From the NCBI RefSeq assembly GCF_944321625.1, contig NZ_CALUMA010000117.1:6311-70310 (forward strand): a DNA stretch of 64,000 nt, written 5' to 3'. Below are positions 37,646-47,198 of this stretch, in pieces (positions within the stretch are counted from its first letter, which is position 1; every line of letters begins with the position of its first letter). The translations under genes and the position numbers were made by a program. The DNA comes from an uncultured Slackia sp. GTDB taxonomy: Bacteria > Actinomycetota > Coriobacteriia > Coriobacteriales > Eggerthellaceae. The notes under the pieces are model-generated. The model had not been told where the DNA came from and searched no databases. It worked only from the letters and a program-made list of their open reading frames with translations.

Positions 37646-37797
37646 TGAATCATATCAAGCCTTGGTGCCGCATTGCGACAATCCCTCTGATTCAGGCAGC
37701 AATTGACGCATAAGGTTTTAGAGCGCGGCGGAGACGCTCTCCGCTCCGTACCCCCTGCTTTCACCTTCCTATATCGAACTTGCGATCCGTGCCTCGG

Positions 37798-37984
37798 TTT
37801 TTGGACAACATTACAGGTTAGCCGAGCGCAGAATCGGCGTAAGAAAAGTTATCCGCAGGATTTTCCTGGGAAAACGCCCTATCGTGACGAGACAGAGAGA
37901 GATTGGCCGGTTAGCCCCAGCCCCAACGTTCATCAAGCAAAATATCGAGAGCATTCCCGGCTAACCTGTAATCTTGTCCAAAAT
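37798..37984. repeat. inverted-repeat pair (27-nt arms, 133-nt spacer) near tRNA-Phe
   Basis: TTTTTGGACAACATTACAGGTTAGCCG versus CGGCTAACCTGTAATCTTGTCCAAAAT, 25/27 complementary. Confidence 0.85.
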
Positions 37985-38279
37985 TAAAGGATCCATCCGT
38001 ATTATGAACCCGCCCGCTGATTTTTACGAACATCCGGCACCGAAGATGGGGTCGCACATGCTGTTCGTCCGTGCCTGGTGAAATGCCCAAGATGTACGTT
38101 TTATCTATAGCCTGAAGACTACTGGCCGGGAATCATCTGGAGAGAGTTCCGCATGCCCACTGAATGTAAGCGGTGAATAATCCGGGCGAACGCACTTTTT
38201 ATCCCATGGCCCGACAATCGGAACGGACACGCGCTCTGTGCTATGTCAAAATGTTGTTCACGTTGTAGGTTTGACCAAC

Positions 38280-38307
38280 AAAAAAGGCCAGCCACAATGG
38301 GCTGACC
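38280..38307 (-). terminator. rho-independent terminator after tRNA-Phe
   Basis: The minus strand forms an 8-bp stem (one G-U) followed by a U6 run (A-run 38280-38285 on plus). Confidence 0.7.
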
Positions 38308-38318
38308 TGACGTTTTAA

Positions 38319-38394
38319 TGGTGGTCAGAGAGGGACTTGAACCCCCGGCACGGGGATTTTCAGTCCCCTGCTCTACCAACTGAGCTACCTGACC
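38319..38394 (-). tRNA. tRNA-Phe (GAA)
   Basis: Reverse complement: GGTCAGGTAGCTCAGTTGGTAGAGCAGGGGACTGAAAATCCCCGTGCCGGGGGTTCAAGTCCCTCTCTGACCACCA. It folds as a cloverleaf with anticodon loop CT-GAA-AA, a T-loop GGTTCAAGTCC and an encoded CCA. Confidence 0.92.
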
Positions 38395-38653
38395 GGTTGC
38401 GCTTAACGCGAGTTAGTATCTTAACAGGTCGCCTCCTATAGTGCAAGAAAAAAGATTCAGAAATTTCACCTGCCAGCATTGGGCTTCTGCAAAATTTACG
38501 AAAGGGCGCATTGCGAGATACAAAGGGCGCGCGCTTCGCCCGTGCGTGACGATATACAATAGGCATGCCTGTCCAGCGCGACGGCGCAAGATGCACAGCC
38601 CGCGGAAAACGCGATGTGCCAACCAGCCAGACATCCTGGCGGAAAGGATCGCC

Positions 38654-39622
38654 ATGACAGCCTTCATCGTTAGCAACATCGTCGTGTTCGTCATCATCTT
38701 CGTCGTGATTGTGCTGCTTGTTAAAGACGGCTTTTTCATCGTCGAGCAGCAGCATTCCGTGATCATCGAACGGCTGGGCAAATTCAACCGCTTCGTAGGC
38801 GCGGGCTTTCATGTGAAAATCCCCATCTTTGAACGCAAGGCGGCCACGGTCAGCCTGCGCACGATGAAAAACGGCTTCACCATAGACGTGAAGACCGAGG
38901 ACAACGTGACCATTGGCCTGGACGTTTCGGCGCAATACCACGTTGACTATGCGCTGGGCAACTCGCCGCAGGAATCGGGCATCTACAAGAGCTACTACAT
39001 GCTGCAGGAACCCGTCGACCAGATGAAGGACTTCATCACCGATGCCCTGCGAAGCGCTATCCCCATGTACTCGCTCGACGAGGTGTTCGCCAAGAAGGAT
39101 GACATTGCCCAAGACGTGAATGCAACCGTATCCACCCAGATGGCGGGCTATGGCTTCACGTTGGTGTCGACCCTTATCACGCGCATCGCGCTGCCCAAAG
39201 AAGTCGAGGATTCCATGAACCAGATCAATTCGGCACAGCGAATCAGACTAGCAGCGCAGGACCTTGCCGAAGCCGACCGCATCAAGATGGTGACCGAGGC
39301 CAAGGCCGAGGCCGAAAGCATGGAGAAGGCGGGCGAAGGCATCGCGAACCAGCGCAAGGCCATCGCGCTTGGCATCAAGGATTCGCTTGAGACCATCAAG
39401 GAATCGGGCGTGACTCCGCAGGAGGCCAATCAGCTGTTCATGTTCACGCAGTGGACCGACATGATGGGCAAATTCGCCGAAAGCGGAAAGGGTTCCACCG
39501 TGGTGCTGCCCAGCGATTTCCAAACCGCGGGATCCATGTTCGAGCAGATGTTGGTTGCAGGAGATGCCAACGACTCCCGCCATGAGGGCGAGGCCGAAGC
39601 GGGCGGCAGCAGCGCCAAATAG
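38654..39622 (+). CDS. SPFH/Band 7 (stomatin/prohibitin-like) membrane protein
   Basis: GGAAAGGA RBS and an N-terminal TM helix. FFIVEQQHSVIIERLGKFNRFVGAGFHVKIPIFE is typical of SPFH. Confidence 0.85.
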   Translation: MTAFIVSNIVVFVIIFVVIVLLVKDGFFIVEQQHSVIIERLGKFNRFVGAGFHVKIPIFERKAATVSLRTMKNGFTIDVKTEDNVTIGLDVSAQYHVDYALGNSPQESGIYKSYYMLQEPVDQMKDFITDALRSAIPMYSLDEVFAKKDDIAQDVNATVSTQMAGYGFTLVSTLITRIALPKEVEDSMNQINSAQRIRLAAQDLAEADRIKMVTEAKAEAESMEKAGEGIANQRKAIALGIKDSLETIKESGVTPQEANQLFMFTQWTDMMGKFAESGKGSTVVLPSDFQTAGSMFEQMLVAGDANDSRHEGEAEAGGSSAK

Positions 39623-39773
39623 CACGCCTGTTTTGGCCTACCCTTGGGACGGAAAGCCTCGGATACGTCGGAGCCCCACGCCCCAGCGCCCCGCATTGAC
39701 ATCCACGTTCGACGCATTGCTCCACGGTTTCGCAAGAGACGCCCGAACGGCGCCATCGGTACCGACACATAAA

Positions 39774-39805
39774 GGCGGTTCCAAAACCGCCCCTTCGTTT
39801 TCTCT
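39774..39805 (+). terminator. terminator downstream of SPFH gene
   Basis: GGCGGTT-CCAA-AACCGCC followed by CCTTCGTTTTCTCTC. Confidence 0.55.
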
Positions 39806-39812
39806 CTCCGCA

Positions 39813-39838
39813 TGATGTGATACAATTGTGTTACATCA
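39813..39838. promoter_or_regulatory. imperfect palindrome overlapping a TACAAT -10 box upstream of the RHH-MNT gene
   Basis: TGATGTGATAC-AATT-GTGTTACATCA lies 20 nt upstream of the start codon. Plausible RHH autoregulation site. Confidence 0.4.
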
Positions 39839-39857
39839 CCCGGCGAGAGGATTTCCT

Positions 39858-40421
39858 ATGCGCAAAGAGGTCACATACCGCCATATCGTGGACACGAGAG
39901 TTCCCCTGTCGCTTCGTCTGCCCGCAAGAATCGTTGAGCCTATCGAGGAGTACGCTGCGCAACACAGGCTGAGCAAGACCGATGCGTTCATACATTTCCT
40001 CGAGCTAGGGCTTGCGCAGCGGGAGAAAGAATTTACCTCAGAGACCATTGAAACCATTCAGACTCAAATAGAGGAGATTCTGAAACTCCTTAAAGCAGAC
40101 AATCGGCCTGGCATCCCTACGCAAGAGGAAATTCGCGAAGCAGTGCGAGAAGTGTCAGCGGAATACCCAGGCATTGCACAAGTGTATCTCTTTGGCTCAT
40201 TCGCTCGAGGTGATTCCACCCCAACAAGCGACATAGACCTTCGGCTTATCTTAGACGGGTCACACAGCTTCAATCTTCATGACCTGGTGCATTTTTCCAA
40301 GCGCATCGAGAAAATGACGGGTCGTACGGTAGATGTCATCACATCTGATCAGTTGAAGAATAAAAACCTGTCTAAAGCGATTGAGCGCGAGAAGGTGTTG
40401 CTGTATGAGCGCGAAAGCTGA
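39858..40421 (+). CDS. ribbon-helix-helix + MNT-type nucleotidyltransferase fusion (type VII antitoxin-like)
   Basis: The N-terminus LSLRLPARIVEPIEEYAAQHRLSKTDAFIHFLELGL is RHH/CopG-like. The C-terminus YLFGSFARGDSTPTSDIDLRL is the minimal NTase GS-x9-DxD motif. The segment is AT-richer than its flanks. Confidence 0.8.
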   Translation: MRKEVTYRHIVDTRVPLSLRLPARIVEPIEEYAAQHRLSKTDAFIHFLELGLAQREKEFTSETIETIQTQIEEILKLLKADNRPGIPTQEEIREAVREVSAEYPGIAQVYLFGSFARGDSTPTSDIDLRLILDGSHSFNLHDLVHFSKRIEKMTGRTVDVITSDQLKNKNLSKAIEREKVLLYERES

Positions 40422-40497
40422 AGAAGCGTCAAGCATCCAGGAAATACACGATTTCGTACTGCAAACGCAGTCCGAAATCGAGCATTCGACCGAATAG
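40405..40497 (+). pseudogene. possible truncated HEPN (DUF86-like) toxin remnant
   Basis: A 30-codon ORF overlaps the MNT gene stop (MSAKAEEASSIQEIHDFVLQTQSEIEHSTE). This is the position and N-terminal style of HEPN partners, but it stops after 30 aa. Weak evidence. Confidence 0.25.
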
Positions 40498-40563
40498 TGC
40501 AGAACGAGAGGCTTCGAACAAAAGACGAAACCCCTCGTTGCATGCGGCTTATTCCATGAAATT

Positions 40564-41895
40564 CTATTTGCACTCGGCGCAGCCGCTGCCGAAGAGGAGC
40601 TGACGCTCGCCTTCGGGAAGCGCGGCGCGGGCCTGATCGCGCAGGTTGTTCACGCCGATGAAGAACTGGCGCATCATGACCACCATCATGTAGCGGCCCT
40701 TGGGCGTAAGCGTGATGCATTCGTCATCGTCGCGGTCGAACGCGCCCGACATCTTCATGAATGCGTACTCCATGGGCAGACCGGCCGCCACGCTGCAGCC
40801 GAAGTCGCGCTGCCACTGCTTCTTGTCAAGGCGCAGGCCAAACAGCTGCATCATGAAGCGATAGCGCATACGGTTGTGCTTGGAAAACGTGGCCTTGCCC
40901 ATCACCGACATGCGGCCGCTTTCGATGGCGGCGTTGTAATCGCGGATGCTGAACGTGTTCACGTACTGCGTGTCGCCCAGATAGGTCATGCCGCCGCTGC
41001 CGATGGCAGGATACTCCTCGTAATCCACGATGTATTCGTCGATCATAGCGTCCTCGGGCGCGACATTTCCGCCCTCGCGCTTGTTGAACGTCCAAGCCGA
41101 ACCATGCTCGAAGGGAGCGTTCTCGCCGCCCGCCAGCGTTTCGCTGATGATCTCGTAGAAGCGCTGCTCGCGGTCGTAATCCACCTTGCCCACCGTGCGC
41201 GCCAGCGACTTTTCCACCGAGGGCGACGCCATGAGCGGGTAGAACGTGGTCTGACTGGTGCCGCTTTCAAGCACCATCTCCAGGTCGCGGCGCAGAATCT
41301 CTTCGGTCTGCGCGGGGAAGTTGAAAATCATGTCCACATTGAGCGACTTGAAATACGGAGCGGCCACCTTGATGGCCTCGAGGATGGTCTTGCCGTCGCC
41401 GTACTTCTCGTAGCGGTCCATCTGCTTGAGCAGGCCGTCGTCAAAGCTCTGTACGCCCACGCTCATGCGGTCCACGCGCCCCTGGAGCTTTTCCAGATAC
41501 GGCAGCGTCAGATGGTTGGGGTTGGTCTCGCACGACACCTCTTTGATAGAGAATTCGCGTTTGGCCAGGTCAATGAAGTCACAAAGCTCGTCCAGCATGA
41601 TGGTGGGCGTGCCGCCGCCAATATAGAGCGAGTCGAAATCGTAGCCCAGCTCTTTCACCATCATGAGCTCGCGGCGCAGGTTCTTGAAGTACGGCACCGC
41701 ACGCTTCTCGGAAAACGGGAAGCGGTTGAACGAGCAATACGGGCACAGGCGCTCGCAGAACGGGATGTGCGCGTACAGCATGTACGGCTGCCCAGGCTTG
41801 GGGCCGGGGATGCGTTCCACCTGGCAGGGCTCGATTTTCATGAAACTATCGGCGCAGTAGCGCACCGCGCGCGTAAGAAGTCGTTCGCTCAGCAT
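40564..41895 (-). CDS. HemN/HemW-like radical SAM protein (coproporphyrinogen III oxidase family)
   Basis: YMLYAHIPFCERLCPYCSF CxxxCxxC cluster motif and a HemN_C-like C-terminus. The alternative start at 41841 lacks an RBS. Confidence 0.85.
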   Translation of the reverse strand: MLSERLLTRAVRYCADSFMKIEPCQVERIPGPKPGQPYMLYAHIPFCERLCPYCSFNRFPFSEKRAVPYFKNLRRELMMVKELGYDFDSLYIGGGTPTIMLDELCDFIDLAKREFSIKEVSCETNPNHLTLPYLEKLQGRVDRMSVGVQSFDDGLLKQMDRYEKYGDGKTILEAIKVAAPYFKSLNVDMIFNFPAQTEEILRRDLEMVLESGTSQTTFYPLMASPSVEKSLARTVGKVDYDREQRFYEIISETLAGGENAPFEHGSAWTFNKREGGNVAPEDAMIDEYIVDYEEYPAIGSGGMTYLGDTQYVNTFSIRDYNAAIESGRMSVMGKATFSKHNRMRYRFMMQLFGLRLDKKQWQRDFGCSVAAGLPMEYAFMKMSGAFDRDDDECITLTPKGRYMMVVMMRQFFIGVNNLRDQARAALPEGERQLLFGSGCAECK

Positions 41896-42140
41896 TCAGC
41901 TTGATACCTCTATCTTATTCTCAACTCGCCTGCGCAACGTAGGCGAAACTTGATGACAACGACCCTGCATCATAGCGCACCGACGCCCTTCGCGCACCCA
42001 CGTCACGACAAAACTATGGGGCCGCAGCTGCGCCTTGCATGTTCGAGGCCGATTTCCAACCATCCCAGACACTCTGCGCAGGAAAGACCGTGCGGGCGCC
42101 GCGACGTCGCATGCATTGCACATGCGAATCCATGCCACAA

Positions 42141-42180
42141 AAATACCCCGGCCGATATGCAAAGATGCAATCAACCGGGG
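42141..42180 (-). terminator. possible terminator downstream of purD
   Basis: CCCCGG...CCGGGG stem with an inner TGCA pairing. The minus strand is followed by TATTTTTG. Confidence 0.4.
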
Positions 42181-42228
42181 TGAAAAGGCAGCCTAGCTAT
42201 CGTTCACCGATTAAGCCGTTCCGGCGCG

Positions 42229-43500
42229 TTAGCCGTTGATCGCGCGCATGGCAATGTCGCGACGGTACTGCTTGCCTTCGAAGTTGATCTTGTCGCACGC
42301 CTCGTAGGCACGCTCACGCGCCTCTTCGAACGTATCGGCGAGAGCGACCACATTGAGAACACGACCGCCGTTGGTCACGAGCTCGTCATCGGCGTTGAAA
42401 GCAGTGCCGGCATGGAACACGATCACGTCGTCGAGCGCCTCGGCCTCCTCGATACCCAGGATGACCTTGCCCTTCTCGTACTTGCCGGGGTAGCCCTCGC
42501 TGGCAAGCACCACGGACACGGCGCATTCGGAGCGCCAGGAAAGCTGCACGCCGTCCAAGTTGCCCTTGGCCACGGCCTCGAACACGTCAAGCGCGTCGCT
42601 GGCAAGGCGCGGCATAAGCACTTGCGTCTCGGGATCGCCGAAGCGGGCGTTGAACTCCAGCAGCTTGGGGCCTTCAGCGGTCAGCATGAAGCCGCCGTAC
42701 AGCACGCCGCGATACGGCTCATCGAAATCCTTGGCGGTTGCGGCCGCAGCAGCCTCCATGATGGAGCGCATCTGCGCCTCAAGCTCGGGTGTCACGCACG
42801 GCACGGGGGAATACACACCCATGCCGCCGGTGTTGGGACCGCGGTCGCCGTCGTAGGCGCGCTTGTGGTCCTGGGCACACGGCATGCACAGCGCCTTGCC
42901 GCCCGCCAGAAACGCCAGCATGCTGCACTCGGGGCCTTCGAGCATCTCCTCGATGACCACGGTGGAGCCAGCCTCGCCGAAATCGCCGGCAAAGCAGTCG
43001 CGCACGGCCTCTTCGGCGTCTTCCATAGCCTCGGCCACCACGACGCCCTTGCCCGCAGCCAGGCCGTCGGCCTTGACCACGATGGGAGCGCCCACCTCGT
43101 GCAGGTACGCCATGGCGTCATCCTGCGAGGTGCACTTCTTGTAGCGCGCGGTGGGAAGATCGTGCGCCAGCATGAATTCCTTGGAGAAGCTCTTGGAGCC
43201 TTCCAGGCGCGCGCCCTGTGCGTCGGGGCCGAACACCAGAAGGCCGGTCTCGCGCAGCGCGTCGGCCACGCCCGCCACCAGCGGAGCCTCGGGGCCGATG
43301 ACCACCAGGTCGATGGCATGGTCGCGCGCGAAGCCGATGATGGCCTCGGAGTCCTCGATGTCCACGGGGACGTTTTGCGCGATGGCAGCCGTACCGCCGT
43401 TGCCGGGCGCCACGAACAGCTCGCCGCAGCACGCCGACTTAGAGATAGCCCAGGTCAGCGCATGCTCGCGCCCGCCAGAACCAAGTACTAGAACATTCAT
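42229..43500 (-). CDS. purD: phosphoribosylamine-glycine ligase
   Basis: MNVLVLGSGGREHALTWAISKS...FVAPGNGGTA. Track start 43758 trimmed. Confidence 0.92.
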   Translation of the reverse strand: MNVLVLGSGGREHALTWAISKSACCGELFVAPGNGGTAAIAQNVPVDIEDSEAIIGFARDHAIDLVVIGPEAPLVAGVADALRETGLLVFGPDAQGARLEGSKSFSKEFMLAHDLPTARYKKCTSQDDAMAYLHEVGAPIVVKADGLAAGKGVVVAEAMEDAEEAVRDCFAGDFGEAGSTVVIEEMLEGPECSMLAFLAGGKALCMPCAQDHKRAYDGDRGPNTGGMGVYSPVPCVTPELEAQMRSIMEAAAAATAKDFDEPYRGVLYGGFMLTAEGPKLLEFNARFGDPETQVLMPRLASDALDVFEAVAKGNLDGVQLSWRSECAVSVVLASEGYPGKYEKGKVILGIEEAEALDDVIVFHAGTAFNADDELVTNGGRVLNVVALADTFEEARERAYEACDKINFEGKQYRRDIAMRAING

Positions 43501-43502
43501 TC

Positions 43503-44813
43503 CTACCAGCCCCTCATAAAGGTTTGGTCGCGGTCGGGGCCAACCGAGATGATGGTGGCCTTCACGCCGCTCAGACGCTCGATTTCGTGCACGTAATCCT
43601 GCGCGGCCTGCGGCAGCTCCTCGAAACACGTGGCCTTGGTGATGTCCTGGCCCTTCCAGCCCGGCATGGTCTTGTACACGGGCTTGGCGTGGAACAGCAC
43701 GCTCTGCTGCATGGGGAAGTAATCGTAGGTCTTGCCGTCGCACTCGTACGCCACGCAAATCTTGAGCTCGTCGAACGCCGAAAGCACGTCGAGCTTGGTC
43801 AGCGCGATGTCGGTGAGGCCATTGACCTCGGCAGCATAGCGCGCGATGACCGCGTCGAACCAGCCGCAGCGGCGCTTACGACCGGTGGTCACGCCGTACT
43901 CGTGGCCCTCGGCGCACATCAGGTCGCCGTCGATGGCGTCCTGGCCCTCGCCGCCGTTTTCGGGGTAGATCAGCTCGGTGGGGAAAGGACCGGCGCCCAC
44001 GCGCGTAACGTAGGCCTTCTCGATGCCCAGCACGCGGTCGATGGCGGCAGGGCCCACGCCGGAGCCGGTGGCCGCGCCGCCCGCGCAGCACGAAGAGCTG
44101 GTCACAAACGGGTACGTGCCGTGGTCGATGTCGAGCAGCGTGCCCTGCGCGCCCTCGAACAGGATGTGCTTGCCCTCGCGCAGCGCGCTGTTCAGAAGCT
44201 GCGCGGTCTCAGCCATGTGGGGACGGATGACCTCGGCATACGGCAGGTATGCGTCGCAGATCTCGTCCACGGTGAACGTGCGCTTGCCGTACACCTTCTC
44301 GAGAATGGCGTTCTTCACCTCGAGCGCGGCCTCCACCTTCATGCGGAACACGTGCTCGTCCAGCAGGTCCTGGATGCGGATGCCGCTGCGGGCGGCCTTG
44401 TCCTGATAGCACGGGCCGATGCCGCGATTGGTGGTTCCGATTTCGTTTTTGCCCAGCTTGAACTCGGACGCCTTGTCCAGCTCGATGTGGTAGGGCATAA
44501 TCACGTGCGCGTCGCAGGAGATCTTCAGACGCTCGCAGGACAGGCCCTCGCCCTCCAGCATGCGCATCTCCTCAACCAGAACCTGAGGGTTCACCACCAC
44601 GCCGTTGCCGATGACCGGCACCGCGTGCTCGTACATGATGCCCGACGGAATAAGGTGCAACGCAAGCTTCTTATCGCCGTGGATCACCGTGTGGCCGGCG
44701 TTGTTTCCGCCCTGGTAGCGCACCACGTAGTCGAAGTCGCGGGAGATGAGGTCGGTCACCTTTCCCTTGCCTTCGTCACCCCACTGGGCTCCGACCAACA
44801 CCACGTTAGGCAT
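43503..44813 (-). CDS. purA: adenylosuccinate synthase
   Basis: MPNVVLVGAQWGDEGKGKVTD...YQGGNNAGHTV. Start at 44813 behind a GGAAGAAAGAGAG RBS. Confidence 0.92.
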   Translation of the reverse strand: MPNVVLVGAQWGDEGKGKVTDLISRDFDYVVRYQGGNNAGHTVIHGDKKLALHLIPSGIMYEHAVPVIGNGVVVNPQVLVEEMRMLEGEGLSCERLKISCDAHVIMPYHIELDKASEFKLGKNEIGTTNRGIGPCYQDKAARSGIRIQDLLDEHVFRMKVEAALEVKNAILEKVYGKRTFTVDEICDAYLPYAEVIRPHMAETAQLLNSALREGKHILFEGAQGTLLDIDHGTYPFVTSSSCCAGGAATGSGVGPAAIDRVLGIEKAYVTRVGAGPFPTELIYPENGGEGQDAIDGDLMCAEGHEYGVTTGRKRRCGWFDAVIARYAAEVNGLTDIALTKLDVLSAFDELKICVAYECDGKTYDYFPMQQSVLFHAKPVYKTMPGWKGQDITKATCFEELPQAAQDYVHEIERLSGVKATIISVGPDRDQTFMRGW

Positions 44814-45026
44814 GTTCGTCTCTCTTTCTTCCATATGTTGAACCATGATGGCCGAAAACACATGGCCATGGGTTCGAACGCGCGGAACGGCGGCGAAAAC
44901 GCGGAGGCCAGAGGCTTGCCGCGAAGGCCCGGAACAAGCCGGGTTCGCCAAAGCGGTGACGCGGGGCGGGACAAAGCCCGTCGCAGCGGAGCCGCGCAAA
45001 ATGCCGCACGCTCGACAACCTGTTGA

Positions 45027-47198
45027 TTATAACCCCAAAATCTTGCAATCCTTAGTATATGCGGCTATCAAATCGACGACTTCCTTGTGACAGGTAAAAA
45101 CGATGACCTGGCGTTTCTGCGCGAGTTCGGCCAGAGCGCGCACCGCTCCGAGGCGGCGGTCGTCGTCGAAATTCACAAGAATATCGTCGGCAAGCACGGG
45201 AAGGCTGGCACCCACCTGCTCCACGCATTCGAGCAGAGCGATGCGCAGCGCGAGGTAAAGCTGCTGGCACGTGCCCAGCGACAGCAGGCGCGGCTCCCAG
45301 GCGCGGCCCACGGCGTCCACCGCGCACACCGATCCGGATTCGTCGGTGCGCACGCCCTCCCACGCGCCGTCGGTCATGAGCGACAGGAGTTCCGAGGCGC
45401 GCGCGTACACCTCGGGCTGGCTTTCGCCCTCCCAGGTGCGGATCGCCTCGACCATCATGCGACGAGCCAGCAGCAGCCGCGCGAGCTCCACGCCCGACTC
45501 GTGCTGGCGCGTGACGATCTGAGCGCGCTCGGTTTTGAGAATATCCAGGTCATTGTCATGTTCGGCGGCAGCAAGAATCTGGTTGAGCTCGCCGATGCGG
45601 CGGTTTTGACCCTCAAGCTGCTCGGTCAGAGAGTCGCGGCGATGGGCGGCCGATACCGCCTGCGCCTCGACGTCGACCATGGAGGCGTCGGCGTCGAACC
45701 CGCATTCCTCGAGGCAGGCCGTCTGCCGCGCACGGCACTCTTCCGCCGTGCGCGCGAATGAATCGCGGCGGGCCGTGGCTTCCCGCAAGCGGGCGACGGC
45801 CGTCTCGTGGGCGGTGCGAGCCGCGTGAGCGGCGTCGACGAGCTCAATCGCACGGCGCAGCGACCTTCCCGCCTCGGCAAGGCCCATCGACTTCAGCACC
45901 TTCTCGATGCGCATGTCCTGTTCGAGCGCTTCGGCCTCGCGCGATTCGAGGACGCTCTTCTTTTCCATCATGTCGCGATGGGCGGCGTCGGCGGAATCCT
46001 GAGCGGCGCGCGCCTTCGGACGCGCCATCACGACCATCGCCACGGCCACCGCGACCGCCGCCGCCATACATACGAAGCCGACGATGCAGGCGGGCATGCT
46101 GTCCATGCGTGTGCCCGCAAAAACCCAGGCGGCACCGGCAATGGCCAGCGCAAGCACCACGAAAAACGACGGCAGCGTGCGCTTGGACGAGGCCGTGCCC
46201 TTCGGTTCGCTTGCCGCCGCATAACGGGCGCGGGCATCGGAGAAATCATCCTGCGCGGCCTCGAGGCGATGCGCGAGGCGGTTCTGCGCCGCTTGCTCGC
46301 GCTCGATTGCCTCCCGGATGGCCGCCTCGTCGGCCGCCGTCATGCGTGCGGCTCCGGCGCCGATTGCGGCCTGCACCGCTGCGTCGGCGGCGTCAACCTC
46401 ATGCTGCGCCGCGTCGCGCAGACGCAGCGCCTCGTCCTCCTGCGCCGCCAGACGCTCAAGATCGGCCTTGAGCGCCGCAAGCGCTTCCGTGCGCGCGTTT
46501 GCCTCGGCAAGATCGAGGGCCGTTCGCTCGCGCTGCGCGACAAGGGCGCGGCGTTCGCGGTCCTCTTCCTTGAATGCGTCCGATTCCTCGCGAGCCTCGG
46601 CCAGCTGGGCGCGGCACGCATCAAGCTGGCGCTTCAGATTGGGGAACGAATGCGTGGCCGCAGCGGCGCGGCTCGTGTAGGTTGCGATGCGCGCGTCTAG
46701 GGTCGCCAATGCCTGAGCAGGGCTCACCTCAGTGCCGGATCCCGCCGTGAGCAGGCGCGACGTCATGTCTCCCGCGTCGCCCAAGCCGCGAAGCTCATCG
46801 CTGGTGAGCGCGAACACGGTGCTATATGTATCTTTGTCGATGTCGGCCACGATACGCAGAGCGTCATCGGGTGTTGCCTGCAAGCCGTCAACGTTGCGCA
46901 CGCGCGAAAGCTCGACGGAATCACCCGCCTTGGCTTTGCCCGCAAGCGCGGCCTTTCGTTTCTCAAAAATCAGCGAGCCCGAACGCTCGGCGGACGCGGG
47001 TTTGTACACGTTCCTCGACCCGCGCGCATCCTCCCAGCCGAACAGCACGCCACGCACGAACGCGTTTAGCGTGGTCTTGCCCGCCTCGTTTTTGCCGTAC
47101 ACCACGTTGAGGCCCGGCGCGAACGGCCCCACCGTCTTGTCGAAGAACCGCCCGAACGCCTGCATGTGGATGCGCTTGAGATAGAACTTGCCCATCAC
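45027..47198 (-). CDS. AAA/Rad50-like ATPase with long coiled coil and internal TM hairpin (YhaN-like)
   Basis: N-terminal VVYGKNEAGKTTL Walker A and a long Ala/Glu/Arg coiled coil. C-terminal SLGTCQQLYLALRIAL (signature) and VLADDILVNFDD (Walker B). The GTG (47198) or ATG (47195) start overlaps the upstream stop. Confidence 0.75.
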   Translation of the reverse strand: MMGKFYLKRIHMQAFGRFFDKTVGPFAPGLNVVYGKNEAGKTTLNAFVRGVLFGWEDARGSRNVYKPASAERSGSLIFEKRKAALAGKAKAGDSVELSRVRNVDGLQATPDDALRIVADIDKDTYSTVFALTSDELRGLGDAGDMTSRLLTAGSGTEVSPAQALATLDARIATYTSRAAAATHSFPNLKRQLDACRAQLAEAREESDAFKEEDRERRALVAQRERTALDLAEANARTEALAALKADLERLAAQEDEALRLRDAAQHEVDAADAAVQAAIGAGAARMTAADEAAIREAIEREQAAQNRLAHRLEAAQDDFSDARARYAAASEPKGTASSKRTLPSFFVVLALAIAGAAWVFAGTRMDSMPACIVGFVCMAAAVAVAVAMVVMARPKARAAQDSADAAHRDMMEKKSVLESREAEALEQDMRIEKVLKSMGLAEAGRSLRRAIELVDAAHAARTAHETAVARLREATARRDSFARTAEECRARQTACLEECGFDADASMVDVEAQAVSAAHRRDSLTEQLEGQNRRIGELNQILAAAEHDNDLDILKTERAQIVTRQHESGVELARLLLARRMMVEAIRTWEGESQPEVYARASELLSLMTDGAWEGVRTDESGSVCAVDAVGRAWEPRLLSLGTCQQLYLALRIALLECVEQVGASLPVLADDILVNFDDDRRLGAVRALAELAQKRQVIVFTCHKEVVDLIAAYTKDCKILGL

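Noticed and set aside
37650-38318. Looked for an integrated element at tRNA-Phe, such as a direct repeat of the tRNA 3' end or integrase remnants.
   Set aside because: I found no copy of the tRNA 3' segment (GGTTCAAGTCCCTCTCTGACCA) and no integrase-like ORF to the left. Only the inverted-repeat pair at 37798-37984 is notable.
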